From the NCBI GenBank assembly GCA_024704765.1, contig JAKMXF010000306.1, positions 402,395 to 466,394 on the forward strand: DNA of 64,000 nt, read 5' to 3'. This document shows, one piece after another, positions 37,013 to 50,903 of this stretch. The notes beneath the pieces were generated by a model, which was given only the letters and a program-made list of their open reading frames with translations, had not been told where the DNA came from and did no database searches. The DNA comes from Oopsacas minuta (Eukaryota > Animalia > Porifera). Position 1 is the first letter of the stretch. Each line of letters starts with the position of its first letter. Both the position numbers and the translations under genes were made by a program.

Positions 37013-37924
37013 CAGTCAAGGGACAAAAGTATTCGACCACACAAATACATTGTCATAAATTGTATACTTTTCCCGCTCCTATATATTGTGTAGTCTATAT
37101 TCGTAGCTGCAATCTAGTAATTTCCATAGAATAACATATGTTTTTCAAGAATTTCAAAAAAATATTCTCGATTTACACTTTTTGGAGGTGTTAATTGTCA
37201 ATAATTATTAGATAATTATTGATAATCAAATATGTGGTAATTCAAAGCCTATTAAGAATCTATAATTTCTGACTTGATATTTGAATTCTACGTAGGCGAG
37301 TTACCCCAGATTGAAATTTCCAATCGAATTGAACAACTTTTACCAAAGTTATAGAAGAATTCCAATTTGTGCCATTTGTGCCACCTTTTGCCCAAGGTGG
37401 CACAAGTGGCCGCTGCCAAGAAGTTATTTTGTAATTCAAGGGTTAGCATAGTCATATCATTCGAAAATAGTACTTTGACTTATTCCTCCTAACCCTAGTT
37501 GATTTCCTTGTAGTGGCGCTTTTTCCTACCACCTGTGCCACTTTTTCAAAAAGTGGCACAAGTGGGACAAATTGAAATTCTTCTATAACTTTAGTAAAAG
37601 TTGTTCAATTCGATTGAAAATTTCAATCTGGGGTAACTCGCCTATGTAGAATTCAAATATCAAGTCAGAATTTATAGATTCTTAATAGGCTTGAATTACC
37701 ACATATTTGATTATCAATAATTATCTAATAATTATTCATAATTAACACCTTCAGAAAGTGTAAATCGAAAATATTTTCTTGAAATTCTTGAAAAACATAC
37801 GTTATTCTATGGAAATTACTCGATTACAGCTACGAATATAGACTACACAATATATAGGAGCGGGAAAGAGTATACAATTTATGACAATATATTTGTGTGG
37901 TCGAATACTTTTGTCCCTTGACTG
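37013..37924. mobile_element. Foldback MITE with ~374-bp arms and Tc1-like termini
   Basis: Both ends read CAGTCAAGGGACAAAAGTATTCGACCACACAAAT; TA TSD; arms 37013-37386 and 37551-37924; non-coding spacer. Confidence 0.95.
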
Positions 37925-38214
37925 TATGTATTTTTTAGAGTATTCAAACCCAAATATAGTCATAATTAAATTAATTATAATAACAAATTAACGGACTAAA
38001 TGTCCACTATTTATAGGATCTATGGGTAAGGTCACTTTTTCCTTCCACTCCAAAAGGCAATTTTATTTTCCATTGCAATTCATGTTGGATATAAATACTA
38101 TGTAGACCCATCGTAGCCACCACTAGTAGATAAACTCTTTCAGGACTAACATAGCGAACATCTAGTCTTGTCCATAGATATATACTACTTTTCCAAAGGA
38201 CAAAATCGAATTAG

Positions 38215-38560
38215 TTCGAGTTAAGGGTCTTCAGGAATGCAAGGTTAAATCTTTCATTACTGGGAGATGTAGGAGACAACATTGGAGCAAGTAAATTAAA
38301 TGTATAAGATACCCGCTATTTCCAAGAAAGCATTCATTCGCAATTGGAAAATCTCTGCTGGAATTTTCGGATTAACCTCTGATATTGGCTAAATAAATGT
38401 ATCATGTGTGATCCCAAGCTATCTTGCAACCCAACCACATCAATGAATTTCAATTCGTAATCACAGATAGCTTGGAAGTTCATCCAATGTGTATTCTTAC
38501 AATGCACACATAAATCCATTCATTAATAGGAGGTGCAACAATAGGTACATGAGTGCCATA
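38215..38560 (-). pseudogene. PIF/Harbinger transposase fragment
   Basis: GTHVPIVAPP..KNTHWMNFQAICDYELKFIDVV..GSH..ERFNLA follows the Harbinger DGTHxPI / NxQAxCD / GSxHD pattern. Confidence 0.7.
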
Positions 38561-39213
38561 AAATGAATTTTCTTAACACAATCCAATACAAACTAGCTAC
38601 ATAATTATTTAATTATATTAATGGTGGCTTTAGCAAAAACGAAGAGGATGGCAATTGGTTTTGATACATTTTGAACAAAGTATCCTACCCAACATGAATA
38701 CAAATAATGCTACATATATGCATAGCGATCAGGAAATATAGCCAATATAACAAAGGGGGACTCGAATAAAATGCATCCAATCGTAAATTATACTAAATTA
38801 TTACCCGTACAGACAGCATATTTGTTAAATTTGTTTAAAGTGGCATTAGTAATTGGAGGCAATATATGTATTGTTAAAATGTAATTAATTGTGCTTCCAA
38901 TATTAGTGCCACTTTAAATAAATTTGACCGATAGACCAAGCTGTCGGCAAAGAATGCAATTTCATATATTTTGCTCGCTACGCTCTCAGTTTGGTACAAA
39001 ATTGAATAAAAACACTACAATAGTGTCAAAATTTCGAATTCTCAAAAACAGAAATTTTGCTGTGTCAACATTCCTCTGCTAAGGTTACGTCTATATTATC
39101 AAGGATTATGTATCCCACTTAGCATCTACTACATTTCATCAATTGCAAGTATTATTCTATCTGATACACAAATGGAGTTATAAGTATACTACTATTCCCT
39201 AACATCATTCTTA

Positions 39214-40515
39214 CAAGCGTTGTTCAATAAATAATGAGACTTCTCATAATTCATATAATAAACCTATACTTATCATAATTGACTATCAAATGTTTCGATA
39301 AATTCCTCCTTTAACTTTATACATCATTTCCATCGTCTGGTAACTTTTCCAGCCCAGTGGTATAGAATTCTTTAGGGGTCCCTTTTCCCACTGTTTTATT
39401 TCATACTCCAGCCGTTTGAAATCCTCAAATCTCTTCCCTCGAAGGGGTGTCTTCATCTGTCCAAACTGTCAGTAGCCGCTGTGAACCAGCTCTGGTCTAT
39501 ACGGGGGAAGAGGGAGGCATTTGAATCCTAAGTCGTCAATCGCAGCCATGGTCTTGGAGCTTACATGGTGCCTTGCGTTGTCATGTTGCAGCAATACGCC
39601 ATGTGTTAACTTGCCTCGCCTCTCAGGTTTAATCGCTTGACACAATTCTTTCAATTCGACAACGTAAAATCACTGTTTATGGTTGTCTTCTCATGCAACA
39701 AGTCGAGGTCTATAATTCTTCCCTATCCCAAAATATTGTTGTCATTCTCTTCCATGCTGATTTTTCGGCCTTTACCTTGATGAGTGCAAATTCATCACGT
39801 CTCTTACACTGCTTCAATTGAGTTTGCTCTCTGGTTCATAATAATGAAACCAAATTTCATCCCCCGTTACTATACGATCCAAAAAGTCTTCCTCTGCCTT
39901 GTATCTTGAAAGTAATTCTTTGCTAGCTCTGACCCTTTAGCGTTTTTGTTCTTTTGAAAGTTTTGGACCCAACACGCAATTACCTTCGACATTTCCAGAT
40001 CTTCAGTGATTATCGAGTGTAGTGTGGGTATGTATATACCTATCCTCCCTTCTAACTCTCGCAGGGTTATTCGTCTGTCCTTGTCCAAAATTGTTTGGAC
40101 CCTCTCGATATTACCACGGGTTTTTGTGGAAGTAGGACGACCTGGACAAGGGTCATCGTGGAGTTCCAAATCACCATTATCAAAACGTTCGATCCATCTA
40201 TATATGGTGGTTTTCGAAGGACATTCATCACCGAAAATTTCCTTCATTTCACGAAGAATGTATGAGCTAGTCTTCCTCTTTTCCACAGGTACCAAATTAT
40301 TTGTAGTTTTCCTTCTTTGCTAAAATCCATTAGTTGAAAAAAGTAGTCTATACAAATGAAATTTAATACTGAAGAATATGTTAGTAGAGTAAAGAGTATG
40401 TTGTATCGAAGTTAGACAATCAAGTTAGGCTTGTAATCTGATATTAGGCTTAGAGCTGTATTAACTAGAATATGAATTCGATGCAGTAGTCTCATTACTT
40501 GTTGAACAACCCTTG
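39214..40515 (-). mobile_element. Mariner element, frameshifted transposase
   Basis: 28-bp TIR CAAG(C/G)GTTGTTCAA(T/C)AA(A/G)TAATGAGACT with TA TSD. ORF 39870-40295 is HTH (KTTIYRWIERF..DDPCPGRP); ORF 39469-39654 has LLQHDNARHH and PPYRPEL. Confidence 0.93.
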
Positions 40516-42418
40516 TACTTATCAAAATATAATTTTGTGAATGTTTCTAAACACTCGCGTTTGGTCTAATTTTTCGAGATCTCTCATTTGGAAATTTTTG
40601 CCTTGACATCAATACCACCAATTTTGTGACGTCACAGTTATGGTGACCAATATGACCATCCTAACTTATATTAAACTTCATCAATTGGAAGTAATAATCT
40701 AGCTGCTATCGTTAGTAAGTTATTTGGGTGCATTTCTAGACTTATGTGGTCTATGAGGATAGATAAATTGTGTCCATTGTGTCGGTAATTATTGTTCAGA
40801 TAAAATAATTAATATATAGTTTTCAATAAAATATTTTACTTAATTCGAATTAATATAGAAATATTTCTAAATAAGACAGATAAATTATTCAGTGCAAATA
40901 AAGATTGCGAAATACGAACAATTAAAGTCCAATTAAATTCAAATTAAACGAAATATCATCCATGAAAGAGTTATGGAATTTCTCGAAGTTAATACAATTT
41001 CAATCGGTAATTCAAAGTTGCAAATTGTTTCAGATAAAAAATCATATACCAAAGTAACTTAGCATATAAAACCTCACGAATTAAATATTTCAAAGGCATT
41101 GAAGTATTAAATCGAATAAGAAACCATTAGTTAGTCTACTAAAGCCGTTAGCAAATACAGAAGAAATACAAGTACTCGAGGAAGTTCAAAATATTAGTAT
41201 ATTTGGTGAGGTAGTAGAAATCTTGTATATAGTACAGGAATACATAAACAGAAAATGTAATACTTTCTGTTTATACCATGGTTTCTGGTTCCCCTATGCC
41301 AAATTGTAAGTAGTATGTGTAATATATGTATGTATATTCAGGCGTTTAGACGATAGAAAAAATCATAGGGCAATATATGTTTCTGATTATTGAATATTTT
41401 CAGATACGAAGAGAAAGTTTTCATGCATAATATGTTGGAATCATTCATTGCAGAATTATACTGATATTTGTAAATTGCTTTAGTGATAAATGGTAAAATG
41501 GCTCCGAATACTATTTCTGAATGTATCTCTTTGAGCCATCTTGAGAAAGAAATTCTATAATACGAGAGTGGTATACGATAATATTAATCATCTGTGATAT
41601 TACATTACAAGTAATGTATATCAACTTCTCTTGTGTGTAGGTTAACTACAAAGAAGTCTCTAAATTTATGGATTTCATGAAACAAGTAGTAATGGGAACA
41701 AAAACAAGTATGATGAAATGACTTCCTATTCGTACTAATGATCCAAGCAAGTGTTGTATAGTATTACGAATATAGTCTATGCAATAATCAAAATCTCAAG
41801 ACACAATAAATATAGTGACGCAACTGAAGAAAATAGAGAAATAAAAGAAATATAAATTTAAATTTATAAATCATAGAAATAGTAAAGCCCCCCTGTTTTT
41901 ATAGGAAATTGAATTATAAGTTACAAAAGAAGGTAACTATAAATTTTTAAGGGGCTGTGATGAAAAATAACCCCAAGAATTGATATCAAAGTTATAATTC
42001 GCAATAGACAAAAAACCTGAGAATTTATCGATTTTTGCAGGCCGTTGCTGGTGATAATTTAGTGTTTCACGAAAATATCAATATTGTTATAGACGTCTAT
42101 ATCTCAACTATCGATTAGCATCAAAATAATTGAAAATTAGTCGGATATAGGGTAAAATTTTAATTTTGGTACTGACCCTACTTTATGTAGAATATGATTA
42201 ATCCCCTACCACTCTCACTCACAACTTAAAATATATATTCCTCTAGCTCCGTCATTTGTTAATATTTTTTAATGAAATTTAATTTACATAAACATCCAGA
42301 TCACTAAAGCATGCATATAAAATATCAGAATTGAATTCTGACTTTTGGCTGGGCATGTTAAGGGAGTCGTGACACTAAATTTTAACCAAAAAGTAACTAA
42401 AAGTAAAAGTTTTTAAAT

Positions 42419-42732
42419 TCATACGTATGGCTTCAAACGTTCAACTCTCCTATGTCCAATGATACGAATTTCGTTTAAATCTGATAAGTATAAGTGAGTC
42501 AAATTTGTGAGTGAAGTGACCCTAGTCCAACTTCTTCGTTGAATTTTTGCATATAAAATATTTCCAAAAGTAATGAAATTTTTAAATGAAATTTTAAATA
42601 CATAATCAAACAAACATCAATAGTATGTAGAAATAGACTTTGAAAAAATAATAATGAGAGTCCAGTCAAACAACACATTATAGTTGACACGAATGGAAAA
42701 ATTTTCAAAACCTCAATGCTAAGTGACCACAC
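42419..42732 (-). pseudogene. Possible leucine-rich-repeat gene remnant
   Basis: SLTNLTHLYLSDLNEI and CLTGLSLL resemble LxxLxxLxLxxN; broken across frames; short evidence only. Confidence 0.3.
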
Positions 42733-43451
42733 AAATTTTTACAAGTCTGATGACATTTTCAGAATAAACCAAACCTATACTTTCGAATAATTACAAGTGT
42801 TTTCTCTAGCTATACAAAAGTTGGTCAAATAAACGATTGAAGTGTACACGTTTTGTTAATTTGAATTGGCTGCAAACTTCTTGTTCGTCCTTAAGAATAC
42901 ATTGACTACTTAAATCAGTGATTTGTGTCGCTACGCAACTAGATGTTTCGACACTTTGTGCATAACATTGTAATAAAACAGAAAATAGAAAGATTCTATC
43001 ATCCACGACCAATGCAAATTACATTAAATGGCTTTCTGAGGTAACACTGGAGTGACCAAATAAGTTAGTAACAGTCATTTAACTATCAACAACTAAACAT
43101 GCATATTTGTCAAATAGCAGCAAAAATTTTGATTTTGAAAACCAAAAAATGTAACATAATTTTGTCATAGGTGTTATTTTTCTTTCAAGACCCGAAATTG
43201 TCCGGGCCAGGCACAAAACACACCTGCATGTAAAAGATCTACCATGGGAGCCTTTCAGTTTATTTAATGAATTCTGAATATTCAACATATATATACCCTC
43301 GAGCCTGCGAAACCCAGAAATCCTAAATGCGGGTAAAAGATTCCAAAAGCAAAACTACAATTGAAATTTTAGCAAAATACCCTCATAATTACATAAATTT
43401 CAAAGTACAGTGGACATGTCCATTAGTAAAACTACTTGTAGGTGTTCAAGA

Positions 43452-44007
43452 GGCATCTGTATATTTTGATCGAAATTTAAGTAGAACTTTGATCAAATTT
43501 TCTTATGTCTAACTTTGATCGAATGATGAAAAAGGCAAATTTTGATCAAAGTTCTACTAAACTGTCTCCAGTCGAAATTTGATCGAAAAATTGTAGAATT
43601 CTGATCGAAAATGGAAAATACAACAAAAAAATTCAGCGACACGCCATTTTACAAAGATTAATAATAATCAATCCAAAAAACTCCATCCAATCATAAAATT
43701 AGCATAAATTCCACACTAATTTTATATTTTATTAGTTAAAAAGAGTACCATTGGGAGGCCATTAGGGATTTATTTCGTTACCTTATGGCTCTGGGAGTAT
43801 TTATTTGTGTTCGTTATAAGCTACTAAAGGACGGGAGTGTGGAATTTATGCTAATTTTATGATTGGATGGAGTTTTTTTGGATTGATTATTATTAATCTT
43901 TGTAAAATGGCGTATCGTTGGATTTTTTGTTGGATTTTCTCCATTTCGATCAAAGTTCCCATTTTGATCAAAGTTCTACATAAAATTCGATCAAATTATA
44001 CAGATCC
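43452..44007. mobile_element. Mutator-like foldback MITE with TTTGATC(G/A)AA repeats
   Basis: Left arm 43452-43717 is inverse to right arm 43836-44007 (left has extra repeat units); GG...CC termini; TTCAAGA repeated on both flanks. Confidence 0.8.
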
Positions 44008-46109
44008 TTCAAGACCAGTGTCATTGGAGATGGGAGATCCCCGCCCGAGGTATTACGAGTCGAGTGCTCATGTTCACAACTCTAAGTCCAGAGTGTATGC
44101 TGACAGGGCGAGTCTGCAGGCTTGGGATCTAGAGTAGCGATAGAAGGAGTGTTGCATGATTATGAATTGGAAATTCTGAAAATAGAGAAATATTGTTTGT
44201 AAGCGAATTTATACTCACTATAAGTGAAAAGAAATTGGGATTCTTTCTTGGATTTGTTACGATTATACGTGGCAAGTTGGGATCTGATTTTGGCCTCATG
44301 GGGTATTTGATGGTGTGTTTTGGGTGTCAATTGTTGGATGATGTGACTGTTTGATAATATTAGCTATATGACAAGAGTTACGGTTGAATGAGTGCATTTA
44401 TACTCTCATGATTGGTGAAGAGAATTTAACATTATTTCTTCGATTCGTTACGATCTTGACGTGGACTCTTTGAGCATGCACAATTGGCTTTTAATTCCTC
44501 GGGTGGAGATCTCCTATGTCCAATGACGCTTATCTAGAACACGTAAATGCAGTTTACCTAATGGATATGTCCACTACACCATTAATACCTCCATAATTAA
44601 TAGATTATTCTTTAGGTGTATTTCACATCAAACACTTGTATAGCAATCACCAACCATATATATATATATATAACACATAACATCTATTCTGTGATTATAT
44701 ATCACGCATTGCCGTTGTTGTAGTAGAACCCAAATACAAGCTGAACACAATACCCTGGATAATTCTACTCACTGAAAATTAACTGTGGCTATTGGTAATA
44801 AAACCAAAGTCCATAGTTTGGCTAATGACACCGACCTTCCATTCCTCTGCAATAAGAACCAGAGAAGGAAGTTCAGTTCGGGGTTCTGTGTTATTTTCAA
44901 GGGAGGCTAACCCCCTCCCTCTTGAGTTCTCGTGAAGATACCGCACTACGCCAGATCCCGTCTGATTTGGAGCACCTGGGTATGTTAAATTAAACCAATT
45001 ATTAGCATGAGCGCGTAGAGTGTACACACTACAAGGGTGCGCAGACTGTCAGTCCAATCTTCGCCGGGCCTGAGCACGCACTGTACCATACATTCAGGTA
45101 CTAGCCAATTGTCAGACAGATATTTATCAACTTCTACCGCCCTGACAATATCATAAATATCCACTTTTAGTCATAATTTTAATCAATAATTAAAGTTAGA
45201 AGCAAATTATATATATCATTTGAGAATTAATCCTATTTGAGAAAAATTATGAATTATCTATGATTATCATCAGTAAATAGGTTGCTATTTAGAAAAACAA
45301 GAAAGTAGAAGTCACAGAACTAAAAGCCCAGCATGTACATAAATTATTAAACCATAACTCCTCTACTAAATTAATAGCACCATTTAGAAATCAATCCAAA
45401 TTCTAAAGGCGTGGAAGATATGATAGTTCAATAAAATATGGTGTATGTTGAAATGATCACTTGATCAGACAAGAGTTTCTACTCAAACGCCTGTGCCTGA
45501 CTTACTAGCCTTTGAAAACTCTGTAGGGTCATCTTTGAATTAAATCCAGGTCAAAAACTATGTAAATATGATTTATAAATTATCATAAAAGAATATATAG
45601 ATAGTGAAATATTTGAATGATAATCTTCTTCCATAACTCAGAATATTTCAGATTAGTCGTTAAAGTATCTCTCATTCACAATTATATATTTTTGGCTTAC
45701 TGATTGGCATAGGAGGTAGATCGATTCGGCGGATTTCAGGAACTTTAGATTGATTATTTGGAGTATGAGCTGTAGGTCTATGATCAGAGGCGAAAGTGAT
45801 GCAACACTCATGGCAAACATCTCTGAGTCGCATATTTACTGAAACTGCGTGCTCTGTAATTCATAAACTGTTGATCAGTATATGTCCGCGATTAAATAAT
45901 AACTATGGATTGAATTTAATAACCTGAATTCGCTTTGGCGAAATATTGCACTCCTCAGTCTTGAGTGAAATTGGTCTATGATGAGAGAATTGTATTGTCT
46001 GTTATCAAATATTTCATTCATCAACCTCAGGCATCTCATCATACATCAGTATCTAGAAAAATTACTACGGAAGGGTGTCAAGAGAACTATTGAATATTGT
46101 AAAGTACTT

Positions 46110-46630
46110 GGGGCGGGGTCACATATATTATAACTCACTTTTTGGAGGCTGTTGCCCTACAAAATTTCAAAAATTTGTCATGATAAAGTTCGCGCATTAC
46201 AGAGTTATAGTAGTGACCAAGTATTACATATTCTTGACATAATTCACCCATAACTTAACAACGATCAATTTTACGACCAAATCAACTTGCAAATATATAG
46301 TATATCCCTAGTTCCAATACCCTAATAATTCGATAGGATATCTCGTAAGAATATTGTGTAGGCACCAATAATACCATTAATAGTCATTCTCAAGATTACG
46401 TCATTAACTCAGAGAAATCATATCGGAATGTATCATCAGAGTATGGGAAGTCGGGTATATACTATATGTGTATAAGTTGATTTGGCAATATCATAGAAGG
46501 TTATCAAGTTATTGGTGAATATTGGCAAAAGTATGCCATTCACAATCACTTATATATCTCTGAAACATGCCACTTTATCATGACAATTTTTGATGTTTTC
46601 TGGTACAACATTCTTAGATCCCATTAAATA
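46110..46630. repeat. Old degenerate foldback element
   Basis: AAAATTTGTCATGATAAAGT (~46170) is inverse to ACTTTATCATGACAATTTTT (~46572); CCAAATCAACTT..ATATAGTATAT (~46278) is inverse to ~46455-46485. Ends unclear. Confidence 0.6.
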
Positions 46631-46869
46631 TTTCTGAATCCATAATTGTGCTAATTAATTCATGACAGAGTTTAAATTTCGAGCATTTCTTTGACATAAT
46701 TTCTAAGTAAGCAAGCAGATGATGTTATTTTGGCATGAAAGTAATTTGAAGATACAGACTGTGTGTATTGTCAAATATCAATAATACATTCATTCAAGTC
46801 AAAATATACCATTTTAATTTATCTCGATAAATAGAATTTCCCTTGTGATTATCGAGGTATTGATTCGAT

Positions 46870-46920
46870 CCCTGGTCCGAAATTTTAGTGCCCACCTTGC
46901 CTTATTTATAGAATGCTATG
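46870..46920. repeat. Solo P-type TIR (family of 1548/4007)
   Basis: TTGCCTTATTTATAGAATGCTATG ending at 46920 matches TTGCCTTAGTATATAGAATGCTATG at 4007; no partner found. Confidence 0.7.
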
Positions 46921-47018
46921 GTTCACAGTTAAGTATATATGTATTCGTCGCAAGTGACAAGCAACAAATACTCAATACTTGTATATTGGTAGATTGTTCA
47001 TATATTATTTGCTGGCGT

Positions 47019-49430
47019 TAGTGATCGACCGGGATCCCGGTTTTAGTCCCGGTCCCGGCAATATCCATTTTTTTCCGGGATTCCTAACCAGGAATGAACA
47101 ACTCAAAAGTTGCTAATTGAATACATGCGCGTAGAACGAGAAATATTTTGATATAATTGAACTTTCATTACATATTGTGAAGTGTTGTGACTGAGTATTT
47201 ATGAAATGGAAGGCGATATCAGTTTAAACTTTTATATTATTATGGATGGAAATCTATGCTTAACTAAAATGTGAATTCTGTTCTGCTAAGACAACTAAAC
47301 TAACGAAAAATATCTATTCATTGTCACTTTCTTCACTGTTATTGCTTTCATTTTCTACTTGATAAATGTCACCTTGCTGGTTTGCCTCCATCATTTCGAT
47401 GGTTAATTCATTGGGTTGACTGAATGATTCCGGTGGCTGTGAAATCTGAGTGTCCCATCCAATAGCTCGCAGATTGTACTTTAGAAATAGTAATTTTTCA
47501 GTGTTTGTAGGGAGCAGCCTGTTTCGTCGATAGTTTGTGATTATTCGAGCTATACTAAATACTCTTTCTGATGTAGACGAGCTCGTTGGTGGGCAAAGAT
47601 ATGTTTTTGCCAAGAATTTTAAGATAGGAAACTGTTTTTCACTTACTATCCAAAACATAAGACAGTCCCCATCAATGGGTATTCTTTTACAGTTTGTGAA
47701 ATATTCAGTAAATTGTTTCTCAATACACTTTTTCCTTGCACACTTACATCTTCCTCATCCTCACTGAGAACACAGTCTCCTATGAAAATGATCTAGGCTT
47801 ATCGCCCTCATCCTCAACCGGATCAAAACTGTTTGGGAAAGGATCAGTTACTTTGGAGTTCCTGAACTTAGAAAGGATTTGGCAACACATTTAAGCGTTT
47901 GTTTAGTACTTTCAGTATTTTCTTTCTTTTGGAAAAACAATCCCTTGTATCGTGGATCTAGTGGAGTTGCAAATGTGAGGAGATCGCTAGTTTCAACGTT
48001 GACAAAATGCGCTCTGATATCGCCGCCCTCTAAATAGTTGTGGATGTTTTCTAATAATTTACTCTTCAACGTGCCTTTTCCAAATTCATATACCTGTTTG
48101 AGCTCCAATTCGATTCGTTTTGTGATAGGAATGATATCTAAAATTGAAGCTTGTTCGCCTTCAACTAACAGAGTAGCAGTGTAAATAGGTTTAAGGAGTG
48201 TCATTACTTTCGGCATAATATCCCAGTCATTGGGAGTCGGTTACAATATGTGGATTATTTTAGTTAAGCATCATCTTCAGCGGCTATAATCACAATTTTT
48301 AGTTCCAAAACCCTTTCAAACATCAAATAGTCGCTATTCCAGCTGGTTTGCACACAAAGAAGCAAAGATTTTCAGGAATGCCCATTTCTTGCTACATTTT
48401 TCTTAAAATACTATTTGCCTTTGGTTTGCAGAGTTTTTTTATTAGTTTTTTGAGGCGTTATCTCATCAGTATCACACCACTTTGCTCTAATATCCCATGT
48501 TTCACAATGAGATGGAGGATGTGGCACATGCAACAAACCGACAGTTGATTTGCAATATCTGAGGCATTCACTAGGTTAGCTACATTGTCTCTAATAAGGC
48601 AACGGGCATTTTCAAGGCACCACCTTTTTTAATTTCTGACAAGACCATAGCGATGCTTTCTCCAGTATGTGCGCTATCGTAAGGCATACATCGTAGGATT
48701 GCCACCTTCTTCTGCCAATTGAAATTAATATAGTGTATGGTATAACTAATAAAGGATCGTTGTCCTCTGCTAGACCAGATATCTGTAGTTATGGAGTTTG
48801 CTGCGACATCATTTTCTTCGAGAGACTTTATTATCATGTATTGCACTTGTATATACAAGTTGGGAATCAGTTTTGTCGAAAAATCTTTTCTGATGGAACA
48901 ATAAACCTTTTATTTAAATGAGAAATAAATTTCTGGAACTGATCATTGCTAACCGTTGAATATGGCAAGAAACCATCACACAGCCACTGCACCAATAAAT
49001 TTATCGAAAATCTGTTCAGGTCTATCTGGATTCCATTTACTCGATCGGTCATTAGTTTCTGGTAATGTTAATTGTGTTGTTTAGAGTGAGTACACCTCTT
49101 TTTTATATTCCTTTTCCACTATCTTTGCTTGTTTTGTTGCAGCAGTCGCAATTTGCTCATTTTGACACTATCAGAATCTTCTTTTGTGCTGATTATATAA
49201 ATGGATCCAAAGAACTTTAGTTGGGAAGCCTACTTTTCGGCTCCATCTTTTCCTCTACGGACCTTGGTATTTTTACATCCAACAACCATACAATGAGCAA
49301 TAGATGGATTAATGGGGTTCACAGTGAAATAGAACCATACACTCGATCTGGGACGTTTACTCACAATCGATAATATACTTAAATACGTTTCAAACAAGAT
49401 AGCTGAAAAATTAGGGCTCAATCACTTCAG
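47019..49430 (-). mobile_element. Ac/ZBED-type hAT element, decayed, 5' end missing
   Basis: End TAGTGATCGACCGGGATCCCGG with CCCGG repeats at 47019. BED finger RSSVWFYF..AHCMVVGC; TTDIWSS; QTSWNSDYLMFERVLEL; PPTSSSTSERVFSIA dimerisation motif. Confidence 0.88.
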
Positions 49431-50154
49431 CGTGATTAATGAAAGGTAAGAAATTGCATTATCAATAAGTACTTGTACTACCCCAACAACAGACAAACCT
49501 GGAGGCAAAGATGAGTTACCAAGCATATAATTACTACCTAAACAGTCTCCGAGAAGCGAACAATTCTCTACATCGTACAGATATTATGTCCCCACGAGTC
49601 TGTTATTCTGGGACTCTACATATATTATATACGTAAAACTACATATCACATCAAAAACAGAGGATGACACGATCTTCTGTAAGATATGAAAACTAATTCC
49701 AAGTCGTGAGGGCGGCAAAGGACGACCTCACAAATAGTGGTAAAGATATCATCGAGGGTGGGTATGTCAGGGAACTGTGGAGGGGATAAAAGGAGGTTAC
49801 AATAAAGTGCCAGGTTTCATGAAACAATCACCACTCAATCAACTTTTCAACCAGATTCTCTAACTCACAAAGTATATTCTTCACATTACTTGGGTATGTC
49901 TAAAGGGTATCCTCGTTAGTATGAACACTAACACGACGGGGTTAAAATTGGTTCTCCTTAACTGGAGTAATACCAAGTGAATAACCAATATTTGGAAAAT
50001 GCATGATAAGAAACAAATGCGTGGAGAGGATGAATATATACCCTAGAATGCATATTTATATCCAGTAATGATGATGATCTCAACAATTAGGCGACATATT
50101 TGGTTAAATTTCACATCAATCGAATCTTACAACCCCGGGCCTAACCAATAATCA

Positions 50155-50184
50155 GTTGTGAGGCCTCATATATAGTAGGCTATG
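50155..50184. repeat. Solo P-type TIR (family of 9695/20127)
   Basis: AGGCCTCATATATAGTAGGCTATG versus AGGCATTATATATAGTAGGCCATG at 20127. Confidence 0.55.
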
Positions 50185-50903
50185 GATTAACTCGACGAGA
50201 GATCCAATAATAGTATATAGGTTGAGATACATTTGAAATGACTGATGATACATCATGTAGATTAGAATTGAAACTGTTAAAATTGGAATCTACATGCTGG
50301 ATTACCACTGTCAAACAATTAAAACGAAATTCTTGGATAGTATCCAAAAATATGCCAATGGTGTGTAATACATGACCAATCATGTGATACATGATGTGTA
50401 TAGTTAATTAGTTATATTTGAAAACGTCAAAATTGTGATTTCCGTATTATATTATGCTTAACTAGATGTTCAAACGAATTTCTAGCATCTTTTCGAAATA
50501 TGTGCAAAAGGGTGCGAAAATATGAATTGCCATCTACTAAAATGGCAGTTGAAACGAAAGTTCTAGCATCAATTCGAAGTGATTGAAAAGTATGTGTGAA
50601 TTTACAACTAATGATATGATAAATCAGAGAATTCGTAACTTGCAGACTCTGAAAATTTCAAAATCGGACTCTAAGCACCCAATAAACCCCGACAACATGT
50701 TAAACCTATTCTCTTGCATGCTTTTGAATCTTACATAGAAAGGTCTAAGATGTTCACAATGGAAAAATGAATACCCGAGGTACATATCTCCAACCCCAAA
50801 TGTATATGTAAATACAATTTCAAGTATATTTGACAGCTAGTATTAGCACATCCGCGGAGAAGAACTGACTAACGCACGTTGGACATCGTCCATGCCATTA
50901 GGG

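Noticed and set aside
4058-40323. Antisense or alternate-frame ORFs (4058-4312, 11728-12228, 12905-13135, 16611-16853, 21299-21592, 21502-21720, 22059-22292, 40006-40323 and similar)
   Set aside because: They are shadows of transposase frames or of the inverted duplication, with no independent motifs.
41641-41707. Plus-strand mini-exon VNYKEVSKFMDFMKQVVMGTKT with AG/GT borders
   Set aside because: Too short, no recognisable homology, and neighbouring candidate exons have stops in all frames.
41946-42380. TTAA-GG starts (41947, 42359) suggesting Kolobok or piggyBac ends
   Set aside because: No inverse partner ending in TTAA was found.
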